Shown in pieces: positions 49,155 to 58,377 of a stretch of DNA of 64,000 nt (position 1 is its first letter; each line of letters opens with the position of its first letter). A model generated the notes under the pieces. That model was not told where the DNA came from. It searched no databases and saw nothing but the letters and a program-made list of their open reading frames with translations. The position numbers were made by a program, and so were the translations under genes. The stretch is from an uncultured Verrucomicrobiae bacterium (GTDB lineage: Bacteria > Verrucomicrobiota > Verrucomicrobiia > Limisphaerales > JAFGQR01): the NCBI GenBank assembly GCA_963788655.1, contig CAWBHS010000058.1, positions 1 to 64,000 of the forward strand. The letters are read 5' to 3'.

Positions 49155-49910
49155 TCATGGCACCTCCTCCTCTTCCAGTGCCGAGGCCACGGTTCTTCGA
49201 GGCAAAGGGTCCAATTCGCGAACCCACAACCACTGCCCCTCGGGCGGAAGAAACTTGGCGCCCAATTGGGAATAGACATTCAGTACCGGCGTATTGCGCA
49301 CACTGAACGCCGCGTATCCGACCGCCACGCCCAGGTCCGCGTAAGTTTGCAACGCCTTTTGATACACGTGCGCCCCGCTCACCACGGCGTCCGCCGCCAG
49401 CATCGCCAGGATCAACCACAAGCCTTTCTCGGTCCGCCGGGATAGGAACCATCCCTGCGCCTGGCCCTGGTGCCGTACGCACAAGCACCAGTCCGGCTGC
49501 TCGCTCGCAAGCTGATTCGCCCACCGGGCGTAGCGCTCGTTGAGCTTCTCGATGGTGCAGCCGGGCAGTTGCTGAAACCGTTCGTGCTCGAAGCTGCGCA
49601 CCGCCTTGGGCTCGATGACGAATGATTCTTCACGCGCCGATGGGCAGGTCAACGCCGCCACCGACGCGGAAACGGGGAGCGTCTTGAGTCCCAATCGGAA
49701 TGGGAGTTGAACGTCCACCAGCGCAAAGCCGTGCTTGTGGAGCAAGAAGCTCGATGGCGCGGCTGCCAAGGGCGCTTTGAATTCCACCCAGGAAAACGGG
49801 TCCAAAGCGGCGCGGGTCTCGGCGCAGTCGCCCAGAAAGAAGGACGGATCGTCGATGGTCCCCACGGGTTCGCCCCACCAGGCCGTGTTGTAGGAATTTT
49901 CCTTGATCAT
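49155..49910 (-). CDS. Putative N-acyltransferase (WecD/GNAT-like)
   Basis: ERF..YARW and 'N..VLNVYSQLGA' resemble WecD-type GNAT motifs; adjacent to the aminotransferase. Confidence 0.5.
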   Translation of the reverse strand: MIKENSYNTAWWGEPVGTIDDPSFFLGDCAETRAALDPFSWVEFKAPLAAAPSSFLLHKHGFALVDVQLPFRLGLKTLPVSASVAALTCPSAREESFVIEPKAVRSFEHERFQQLPGCTIEKLNERYARWANQLASEQPDWCLCVRHQGQAQGWFLSRRTEKGLWLILAMLAADAVVSGAHVYQKALQTYADLGVAVGYAAFSVRNTPVLNVYSQLGAKFLPPEGQWLWVRELDPLPRRTVASALEEEEVP

Positions 49911-51094
49911 ACGCGCAAGACCACTTCTTCAAATAATTGACGCCAAAAGTTGGCCCCATCCCAGACGGGTCCAAAATGGTGCATGGCGGCCAGCGGCACA
50001 AACCGCTTGACCGGTGTTGCCACCAATCCTCGCCACCACATCGGATCGTCCGGGTGACGAATACAGTGGCCGACTGTTTGAATGTTGACGGGCAACGTCG
50101 CGACCGTTTGATCCAGGTTCGCGGCCATGATCGCCAGAGTCATCAAGCCGGTTGGTTCGGGAAGCCCCGATGGTCCGGACACCAACACGGCGGCCTGGCG
50201 CGGCGCGGTGGACGCTTGCCAACCTTGCGCGAGCGCCAATTGACGGTGCAGGATGTTGCCTGACGCCACGTGCATCGGGACCTCCTGGCGAACGACTTTG
50301 GACCAGAGGTTGACGAGCCGTTGACGCAGCGCCCCGGCATCCGCCGGCGTACCGTCCAACACGACCACCCGGCGCGGCGACGTGCAGCCGGCCCGTCCGT
50401 AAATGGCAAACACCTTGATCAACGTCATCAGGTGTTCGTCGGACAACGCCGCCAATTCCACCCAAGCCTCTGAAACATGATCCCCAAACGAAATGGCGAC
50501 GCTGTCGGCGGGATGCGGCAGCGCATGCACCGCCGCTACCGCCGAGTCCGATCCAAACACCACCCGCACCTTGGCGGCGGCCGCCATCTCGGCGTTGCGT
50601 GGACTGTTCCGGTCAAATTGTTCAATTTGCACGTGCTCGCGCAGGTATTCGGCGAGATTGCCTTTCGGCAAATGCTCGACCGCGTAGTTGACGAAGGCCG
50701 CCGTCAGGTCATCCGCCCGCGAACCGGTTTTGATCCATAACGGCGCACCGGTGAGGCTGGCGAGGATCAGCGTCAAGGGCCCCAGCAAGCTGACCGTATT
50801 GGGCAACCAGATGGCGATCATTCCCCGCGGTCGCACCAACATCGCCGGAAGGCCATCGGCATCATGCAGCATCTCGCCAAACGACTGACGGAAGGGGTGC
50901 TCGAGATTCGGACGATCTAAAAACAAAGTCAGGTAGGCCCATTCATCACGCGTGAATGGGGCAGGCACTTGCCGCACCATGCTCAGCCGCAACTCCGCCC
51001 AGTGTTGCAACCTCTCGGCCAGATCAAAATCCAAAGCGGCCACAGTCGCGCCCTGCGGAGTTCGAAAATATTGGAGTTGGGCGGAGGATTGCAT
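49907..51094 (-). CDS. Acyl-CoA/acyl-protein reductase, LuxC-like
   Basis: RPRG..IWLPN, RVVFGSDSAV, GCTSPR catalytic Cys, IQTVG, WDG. Confidence 0.85.
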   Translation of the reverse strand: MQSSAQLQYFRTPQGATVAALDFDLAERLQHWAELRLSMVRQVPAPFTRDEWAYLTLFLDRPNLEHPFRQSFGEMLHDADGLPAMLVRPRGMIAIWLPNTVSLLGPLTLILASLTGAPLWIKTGSRADDLTAAFVNYAVEHLPKGNLAEYLREHVQIEQFDRNSPRNAEMAAAAKVRVVFGSDSAVAAVHALPHPADSVAISFGDHVSEAWVELAALSDEHLMTLIKVFAIYGRAGCTSPRRVVVLDGTPADAGALRQRLVNLWSKVVRQEVPMHVASGNILHRQLALAQGWQASTAPRQAAVLVSGPSGLPEPTGLMTLAIMAANLDQTVATLPVNIQTVGHCIRHPDDPMWWRGLVATPVKRFVPLAAMHHFGPVWDGANFWRQLFEEVVLRV

Positions 51095-51103
51095 AGTAGT
51101 TTC

Positions 51104-52150
51104 TCAAACATTCGCGCAACCGCGCACTTCCGCCTTGGGCACGCGACCCAACAATTCGAACCGTTGCCCTGACCAACCGCACGGACACTTGCTGGGATGG
51201 AGTTGTCCGCGGTCTTCGGTCAGCACACTGTGGTAGGGTGCGCCCCAACTCAGCACGTTCATCAACTGCAACAGGCCCGGTTGATTCTCCAGCGGCTCCA
51301 GCGTCCACGGGTCCCGCACCAGCACGCCCGCCCAACGCGGCACATGCCGAAAGCCCGCGTCGCACAACGGGAAGATCATACCCACCTGCTCGACCAATCC
51401 GTAATAATCCACCACCCGAGAACCCGGCCCGGCCGTGGCCAGCAAAGCCGCGTCAAACTGCTGCCGGTCCACGCGCCCGGCTTCCAGCCGTTTCCACCCG
51501 CCGCTATGGACAAAGTGTATTTCCGTTTCAGCCAACGCCTGACGAATCTCGTCGGGAATGGTGGCGCTGGCCCACGCTTGCCAGAGCATCCAAGTAAAGC
51601 CATAGACCAGCAGACGCCGGTGTCGGCTCAATACCTCGGCCAACTGATCCCAGCGCATCGAGGCGGGCGTGTCAGCAGCCCCAAGGAGGAAGTGCATTTC
51701 CGTCGCCAACGGCCGGAGGCTCATGGCCGCGGTAATCCGGGCCGAGACTTCGCCCCGCATGCGGAGAGACTGCGCGCTGTCCAAGATGACCAACGGCCGC
51801 TGCCCATCGCCGACCAGTTCGCGCAAAATCGCGGCACTGCTTTGCCCCTGCAATTGGGAACTGCGTTCGTCCAGGACAATCATGCTGGCCGTTGCTTGCG
51901 TCGTGCTGGAACTGCGCAAGGTGCGTTGGTGATTGATGTCCAGTCCCGCAGTTTTCCACACCCGGTGCTTGAAGACGCCCACGTGGAGAAAGGGCAAATC
52001 CTCGACCTGCCGCGCTTCCGTCCATTCCGGCCAGACTCGCCGGTAGTCGGGACAACCCTCCAGATGCCAGCGACACAGCGCGTTCATCTCCGCCAGAAAC
52101 GCGTCGTCATCCCGGGCGGTGAAAGGAGCGGTGTTTAGCAACGGGCTCAT
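51104..52150 (-). CDS. Acyl-protein synthetase, LuxE-like
   Basis: DLPFLHVGVFK, SSSTT, YGFTWM, HSGGWK, DYYGLVEQ, SVLTEDRG, GRVPKAEVRGC. Confidence 0.88.
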   Translation of the reverse strand: MSPLLNTAPFTARDDDAFLAEMNALCRWHLEGCPDYRRVWPEWTEARQVEDLPFLHVGVFKHRVWKTAGLDINHQRTLRSSSTTQATASMIVLDERSSQLQGQSSAAILRELVGDGQRPLVILDSAQSLRMRGEVSARITAAMSLRPLATEMHFLLGAADTPASMRWDQLAEVLSRHRRLLVYGFTWMLWQAWASATIPDEIRQALAETEIHFVHSGGWKRLEAGRVDRQQFDAALLATAGPGSRVVDYYGLVEQVGMIFPLCDAGFRHVPRWAGVLVRDPWTLEPLENQPGLLQLMNVLSWGAPYHSVLTEDRGQLHPSKCPCGWSGQRFELLGRVPKAEVRGCANV

Positions 52151-53323
52151 GAAAGGGACAAGTTCTCCAACCGGTTGCAACCAGTCAGGACGGACCAGGA
52201 CCGAATTGGTTCGCGTGCAAGGATCGCGCAACACGTTGCGCCATTCCGCGCGCATGACCGGTTGGACCGCGGTGAAGTCCGCGGGATCGAACAGCGTCTT
52301 CAGCACGGAGGAGATTACCTCGGCGGACAAGCCAAACTCGGCAAGCAGCTTTGGCCATCGGTCCGAATTGGTCTGGTTCAATTGCATGACCGGCCACAGC
52401 AAGGTTGAGCAAAGCCGGGCGTGATGCCATCCCCGCTCGGGCTGCTGCCGCTGGAGCGGTCCCTCCAAGGTGTGCGCGAGGCCATGGACCAAGCCGACAC
52501 TGGATTGCGCCTGGCCCGCGCAGGCCAATGCGCTCAACTCGAACCATTGCGGATCGTAGGCCAGCGGCAGCGACAGCATCCGTTGCATCACTTCGGCTAG
52601 CGCCGCCCGCAATTCAGGTTGGGCCAACGGCGACAGGAATCCTTCCAAGGCATGCGCCCAACAATCGCCACACGCGTGCTTCTGGCGCTCGGCGGGCACG
52701 GTCTGCGCCAGTTCCGGCCAAAACACGATGGCGTCGGGAACGGCGTTCGGATCGACGGTGATCTCTTTTCGAGCTGGTGCCGACGCGACCGCTCCTGGGA
52801 GTGCAGCAGTCCCCTGCCGCATTTGTAGGACAGGCGTCCCGCCTGTCTCGGATTCACAGATGGCGGCCGCTCGTTCGTGGGATGTTCCCCAAACAGCGGC
52901 GCCGTCTTTGCCACTCGGGACAGCCGGGACGGCTGTCCTACAATCATCGCCGAGCAGTGGTTCAACAGCGGCAGAGGACTGCCGCACTCCAAGACTTGGC
53001 AGTCGTTCGGACGGACCGTCCACCGAGCGCACGATGATGGGTGATACTTCGGCACCGCTGCCCCACAGGGTCGGAATGGCCGCCAGTTTGATCGCGGGCT
53101 GCCGAACGCGCAGAAACTTGGCGCGGTCAATCAACGTACCGCCACCGGCGACTGCGAGCCATTGAGTCCCCGTTGGCAAGTCGGTGTCTGGCTCTACGAC
53201 TGGCCACGGCAGCCGCGTTCGCAGTCGGTCACGTACACTGGGCGACGCCCAAAGCACTCCATCGCCGTTAGCGGCTTGCTGGAGCTGGTCGAATGACCAA
53301 CTGGTTGGCAGGTTAATCGTCAA
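52147..53323 (-). CDS. Iron-containing alcohol dehydrogenase with in-frame REP-derived insertion
   Basis: GGGTLID, IPTLWGSGAE, D..AHALEG, GLVHGLAH, HH metal ligands; TTG start overlapping ACP stop (inferred). Confidence 0.8.
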
Positions 53324-53558
53324 AGCTGATGCCTTTGGCCGCGAGCAAGCGAATGATGTCATCCACGCTTTGAATGCGCGTGGCCTCCTCGGGCGTGGGA
53401 TGGTAGCCAAACGTCTCTTGAATGCCCACCGCCAGCGACACCACGCCAAACGAATCCCACGTGTCCACTTCGTCCCGCCGCAGGTCGAACCGGAATTCCG
53501 CCGGATCGAGGAGGAACACATCCGTGACGAGCTGTTTGAGTTTTATCCGGTTCTGCAT
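53313..53558 (-). CDS. Acyl carrier protein
   Basis: 81 aa, acidic, WDSFGVVSL phosphopantetheine Ser motif; ATG right after the ligase stop. Confidence 0.88.
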   Translation of the reverse strand: MQNRIKLKQLVTDVFLLDPAEFRFDLRRDEVDTWDSFGVVSLAVGIQETFGYHPTPEEATRIQSVDDIIRLLAAKGISFDD

Positions 53559-53559
53559 G

Positions 53560-54741
53560 CTAAATCCTTTGGTACCACAGCAGCGACTTGATCCCGGTAG
53601 CCACGGCGCCGCGCACGTCCGGTTTGCCGTTGGGCAACAGCGGAATCGCCTCCGTCGCTTCGATGCGCAAGGGCCATTGCGCCCGCGAATGATGTTTTCG
53701 CAAGGCCCGCAAAATTTCCTGTATCTGTCCGGCCGGCGGCGGGGGTGCCAGCAGCAGGACATGCCCTTCTTCACCGTGCGGGTCCGGCGCCCGATAGAAG
53801 GCCGCCTGCCCGGACCACACGCGCGCCACCGTATTCTGCAACGACGCCAACGAGACTTTCTCGCCGTGACGTTTGAACACCTCGCTGGCTCGCCCGAGCA
53901 ATCGCCAGAAGCCGCCCTCAGTCGCTTGGCCGAGATCACCCGTCTTCACCCAATCATCGGGCGTGATCGACTTGAACTGCGAATCCTCAACGACCCCCAC
54001 CGCTCCGTAGGGACTGCGAAAAAGTAATTCGTTCGCGTCGTTCTGCGTTAATTCGATTCCCGGCAACGGCCGGCCAATGTCCGCGGCTTCCTCGGCCGTA
54101 TCGGCCGGGCGCAGCGTTAATCGCGGCAAGGCTTCCGCGCAGCCGTAGTTGTTAAAGATCATCGCCTCCGGAAACAGCCGGCGCACCAGGGGGAGATTCT
54201 CCTGGGGAAAACGTCCGCCGGCAAAATGGACTCGAATGACGCCCGGAAACGATTCGTCGGAGCAGCATTGACCCAATAGCGGAATCTGCACACCCACCAA
54301 GCAAATCATCGCCTGGCGCGCCGACCGCAACGTGGCTCGCAGCGATTCCGGATCTTTCAATCCTGTCGTCAAGCGTAGCGTCCGATGATGGCACTTGGTC
54401 CATAGCCATTGGTTGACGAAGGCGTAACTGTAAGACAACGGCAACGCCACGATCGTTTCTGCGACCGGTTCGCTGAGTTGCCATTCGTGGAGGACGCCCG
54501 CCAGGTTCTCCGAACGCTGACGTTGACCGACCACAAGCTTCGGGGCGCCGGTGGTTCCCGAGGTCAGCAGCGCATAATGGCCCGTCTGCAATTCTGCGGG
54601 TAATTGCGAGAGCGCGCCATGAATCCAGTCCAAGTCCACCCCCGTCTTGTTGGGCAGGAACACGAACGTGGCATCGTCCTCCCATGCCCGGGGCAACCGT
54701 TGCGGTTCTTGCTGGACTTCCTGTTCCCACAAACACGTCAT
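53560..54741 (-). CDS. AMP-dependent ligase (adenylate-forming, ANL superfamily)
   Basis: LTSGTTGAPK, NNYGCAE, KTGDLG, LPNGKPD. Confidence 0.9.
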   Translation of the reverse strand: MTCLWEQEVQQEPQRLPRAWEDDATFVFLPNKTGVDLDWIHGALSQLPAELQTGHYALLTSGTTGAPKLVVGQRQRSENLAGVLHEWQLSEPVAETIVALPLSYSYAFVNQWLWTKCHHRTLRLTTGLKDPESLRATLRSARQAMICLVGVQIPLLGQCCSDESFPGVIRVHFAGGRFPQENLPLVRRLFPEAMIFNNYGCAEALPRLTLRPADTAEEAADIGRPLPGIELTQNDANELLFRSPYGAVGVVEDSQFKSITPDDWVKTGDLGQATEGGFWRLLGRASEVFKRHGEKVSLASLQNTVARVWSGQAAFYRAPDPHGEEGHVLLLAPPPPAGQIQEILRALRKHHSRAQWPLRIEATEAIPLLPNGKPDVRGAVATGIKSLLWYQRI

Positions 54742-54747
54742 TGGTCG

Positions 54748-55731
54748 TCAGGCTGCTTGTTGGCGAAGGATGCGCGGTGACTGGCTCCTTTCACCCGCCC
54801 GTTGCCGCACGGTGTAAGGCGGCCGGTCCATGCTCCGAAAGTGCATTCGCGCCAGATACTCGCCGATCACGCCGAGCGCGAACAATTGGGCGCCCGAGAA
54901 AATGGCCGTCATCGACGCCAGAAAGGGAAAGCCAGGCACGCTCGTTCCGCGAACCAGGTAACACGCCACCACATAAGCCAGCACACTCATTCCAAGGAGC
55001 GTAAAGCCGAAACCGACCAGGCTGGCGAATCGTAAGGGCGCGGTGCTGTAGCCGGTCAGCATGTTCAACGCATGAGTCACCAGTTTGCGAAAGGTGTAAT
55101 TCGATGCCCCCGTGTGCCGCGGCACGTGATTCACCGGAATCGCGGCAAAGCGGGTCGTACCCCAGGACAACAACACGTCGATGGAAATGTGCGGACTGCG
55201 GTAATTGCCAAACGCTTCGCGCACGGCCGTCCGAAAAACGCGAAAAGTGCTGACTTTGCTGGCCACGTCCGCCCCGGTGGCACTTTGCAGCGCAATTTTG
55301 GTGATGCGGGAGGCCAGGTTTCGCCACAAGCCGTGTTGCTCCACCTGCGGGGTGCCATACACAACGTCCCAACCTTCGTTCAATTTGGCCACCAGCTTGG
55401 CAATCTCCTCCGGCGGATTCTGCAAATCGTCGTCCATCGTCACCATCACGTCGCCCTCCGCGGCGCGAATGCCACAGAGCAAGGCGTTGTGCTGGCCATA
55501 ATTCCGCATCAAATTGATCCCGCGGACCCAGCCATGACGGGACGAAAGTTCCTGAATCACCTCCCAACTACGGTCGCGGCTGCCGTCGTTGACCAGGATC
55601 ACTTCGAACTTATGGGACAAGGAATCAAGCACCGGTTCAAGTCGTTGAACCAGTGTGGGCAGGATCAGTTCACTGTTGTAAACCGGCACGATCACCGAGA
55701 TGGAATCGACCGTCTCGCATCCGTTGTCCAT
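54748..55731 (-). CDS. GT2 polyprenyl-phosphate glycosyltransferase (GtrB/ArnC-like)
   Basis: IVPVYNS, VNDGSRD, RNYGQHNA, MDDDLQNPPE, two C-terminal TMs, LGVIGEYLAR..RPPY. Confidence 0.92.
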   Translation of the reverse strand: MDNGCETVDSISVIVPVYNSELILPTLVQRLEPVLDSLSHKFEVILVNDGSRDRSWEVIQELSSRHGWVRGINLMRNYGQHNALLCGIRAAEGDVMVTMDDDLQNPPEEIAKLVAKLNEGWDVVYGTPQVEQHGLWRNLASRITKIALQSATGADVASKVSTFRVFRTAVREAFGNYRSPHISIDVLLSWGTTRFAAIPVNHVPRHTGASNYTFRKLVTHALNMLTGYSTAPLRFASLVGFGFTLLGMSVLAYVVACYLVRGTSVPGFPFLASMTAIFSGAQLFALGVIGEYLARMHFRSMDRPPYTVRQRAGERSQSPRILRQQAA

Positions 55732-56051
55732 TCGTGCGGTAGAACTCAGCAAATCATGCGCCACCATCGGAGCTTTCCAGTGCGAGCAACAAATTGATCG
55801 CGCCATTTTGACCCTGGTTTTCGACTTGTTCAAAGGGCGTGCCGCCCAAAAACAAGCTCAGTGACAAGGCAGCGAACATCTCCAAGACCGGGAAGTGCGG
55901 CGAGGCCCATTCGGAGCTGAGAATGCAGTTAGCAGGGAGGATAGGAACATCGCTGCAGAAAGATTTGCTTTTTCCTGATGCTTCTTTCGCGGTGAGTAGC
56001 GCCAGTGAGTCTCAGCCAACCGCCCCCTCTTTGGGCTTTAAGAGTTAGAAC

Positions 56052-56139
56052 TGGTACCGGTGGTCGGACTTGAACCGACACGACTTTTTAAGGTCCCAGG
56101 ATTTTAAGTCCTGTGCGTCTGCCATTTCGCCACACCGGC
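56052..56139 (-). tRNA. tRNA-Leu (anticodon TAA)
   Basis: GCCGGTG acceptor stem, CAGGA-CTTAAAA-TCCTG anticodon arm, long variable arm, GGTTCAAGTCC T-loop, encoded CCA. Confidence 0.95.
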
Positions 56140-56473
56140 AGGGTTCCGCAGCCAAAGAGTCGCACGCCAGACTCAGCCACGATCATGGTGCCAACAGTCT
56201 TACCAGAACACACTGACTGCACGCAAGCGGACACTCGACCAGTGCGCCAAAGGATTGACCAGCGCCGCTTGCGAACCGGTGGACAGTCTTGAACCCACAC
56301 AAACCCGAGGAGCAATGGCAAACCTTCCCGGGCATCCCTGGACCGAAGTTTTCACCAGCGCTTCCGGGCTGCACCAAGTCCCATTAGCGCTGGTGGCATT
56401 GCCTGCAATCCACAAATAAGGGACTATTGGCAACCGCGGCAAAGTCCGGCAAGCCGGACGCACGCTGGGGATC

Positions 56474-56683
56474 TTGCTGATCGTGCGCATTTACGATTCC
56501 AACCTCGGCTTCGAAATCGCCAGCAAAAGCGAGTTGGTCCGGCAACACCGCCTTCAGGCTTCAACCGACCTGCGCAATTGGACAGATCTGCTTACGTTCA
56601 AGAACACCCAGGCTACAACACTGTACTTGGACGGGGAAGCGCTGCTGTATCCCGGTCGATTTTACCGGGTGGGGCCGCCTTGA
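56474..56683 (+). pseudogene. Orphan C-terminal domain fragment of a secreted protein (LQASTDLRNW...RFYRV)
   Basis: Resembles the C-terminus of the phosphatase ending at 59673; no upstream body or clear start. Confidence 0.5.
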
Positions 56684-56757
56684 TTTGCGGGCGCCAGCCA
56701 GCCAACGAGAGGCTTCGGGTAGGAATAGGCCCATTGAAAAGCATTCCTATGTTCCTT

Positions 56758-58377
56758 TCAAAACGGCAGCACCTTGAAGTTGAAGATTCGTTCCGCCATC
56801 CACACCGCCGCCACGCCCATCACTGCGACGGAGCCGAACTTGAGCGCCACGGTTCGGTAATAGAACGACCGGCTGAGAACGAAGGCCAGTGGCAGGAAGA
56901 TGGCCACGATGGTCATTTGCCCGAGTTCCACCCCGACGTTGAAGCCAAACAGGGCGAGCACCAGCGATTCGCCCTTCAGTCCAAACTCGATCAGACCGCC
57001 GGCGAGGCCGAATCCGTGAACGAGGCCGAAGCCCAGCGCCACGATCCATTCGCGCCCGCCGAACCACGGCCGCAAGTTATTCAACGCGGCGGCGATGATG
57101 GAGGCGGCAATCAGTGGCTCCACCAACCGGGCCGGCAGCCGCACCCAGTCCAGCGCCGCAAGACTGAGCGTCACCGAATGGGCCAGGGTGAATGCCGTTA
57201 CGATTTTCAAAATGCGCACGGTTGCTGGTCGCAAGGCGTCAGGCTCCCGCCATCGGCCGTCCTTGTGGCGCAGCACCGCCGGCAAGAGCAAGGCGAGCAG
57301 AAACAGGATGTGATCGGGCCCCTGCCAGATATGGCCAACACCCTCGCGAATAAACGTCCACAATTGCGGCCAGCGCGCATTCGGTTGGATCAACGTAAAA
57401 CCATGCATTGGCCGCGCCGCGGTGAATGCCTCAGTTTCCGTCCTTCCCGCATGCTCGACTCTCAGTAGTCCGCGTGCGTTGGTATCGACGCCAAACAGCG
57501 CGCTACTATTGATTTCCAAGGCAGTAATGGGGTGCGTCACCGCGGCCGTGAATTTAACGCGTTGGTAATGGCCGGTGCTAAGTTGCATTGGCTCCAGGTC
57601 CGTCACCCGAAAGGCCAACTTCCGACCATTGGCCGTTACTTCGAGGCGGGCCACAGTGTCTATCGCCAGCCCCTCAAGCCACAGATCCTGTTGATCGGCT
57701 GGCAGCGACGACCACTTTGCGGACGCCAGTTGCGCACTCACTTCAAGGTCACGCTGGGCCACGTCCCACTGGCCGGTAACAATGTTGCCCGAAACAAAAA
57801 ACGTCAGGAACATTTCGCTGGGCGTGTGCGCCCGGGCGGGAGTGACGATGCCGGCGATCAGCAGAAGCAGCGCACAAATGATGACGCTTGGGAAGGCGGC
57901 AGGGTACCGTCGCAGCCGTCCCGTAGGACAGGCGTCCTGCCTGTCCCCATGGCTCCAGAACCATTCGATCATTTTGAAATGCTCGCAGCCAGTGCTCATT
58001 GTGCCTCGCGAAGCGTTTGGAGTGCGTGGAGCTCGCTCCCGCTTTCGCAAGGGACTACGTGCAGGCAATGAACCAAGCCGCGCGAAGAAGCGATTTCGAC
58101 GCATCGCTACCGCCGAAAGCGCCGGCAAGCCGGACGCACTCCAAACGCTGGCGCGACTGACTGTCGGCCATTCAGGAATGGGTTTGTTCCATTCTACCGG
58201 AATATTAGTCTCGCGCGCTGTTCGGAACCCAGGGTTCCGTCTGCCTCGAAGGCAAGTCTGCCGAGATGTCACCTTGTAGCGCTCAGGCTCCCGGACCGTA
58301 GCCATTCGAGGAGGAAACCTTTTGGCTATTCGAAACCGGCGGGACGCCTGTCCTACGTTGGCGATTGGCCGATTCAT
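56758..58377 (-). CDS. HupE/UreJ family membrane protein with periplasmic N-domain; REP insertion in N-terminus
   Basis: GVGHIWQGPDHILF, TAFTLAHSVTL, VEPLIAASI, FGLVHGFG, GFNVGVELGQ. Confidence 0.9.
   Translation of the reverse strand: MNRPIANVGQASRRFRIAKRFPPRMATVREPERYKVTSRQTCLRGRRNPGFRTARETNIPVEWNKPIPEWPTVSRASVWSASGLPALSAVAMRRNRFFARLGSLPARSPLRKRERAPRTPNASRGTMSTGCEHFKMIEWFWSHGDRQDACPTGRLRRYPAAFPSVIICALLLLIAGIVTPARAHTPSEMFLTFFVSGNIVTGQWDVAQRDLEVSAQLASAKWSSLPADQQDLWLEGLAIDTVARLEVTANGRKLAFRVTDLEPMQLSTGHYQRVKFTAAVTHPITALEINSSALFGVDTNARGLLRVEHAGRTETEAFTAARPMHGFTLIQPNARWPQLWTFIREGVGHIWQGPDHILFLLALLLPAVLRHKDGRWREPDALRPATVRILKIVTAFTLAHSVTLSLAALDWVRLPARLVEPLIAASIIAAALNNLRPWFGGREWIVALGFGLVHGFGLAGGLIEFGLKGESLVLALFGFNVGVELGQMTIVAIFLPLAFVLSRSFYYRTVALKFGSVAVMGVAAVWMAERIFNFKVLPF

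Noticed and set aside
49907..52150. Bioluminescence (lux) operon
   Set aside because: No luxA, luxB or luxD; the context is sugar modification
51104..53521. Novel Fe-ADH/LuxE fusion protein (805-aa ORF)
   Set aside because: Deleting one base in CAACCGG near 52172 ends the ADH as WLQRLENLSLS* with an ATGA overlap on the LuxE start. Given the indel rate, two coupled genes are more likely; reads are needed to settle it
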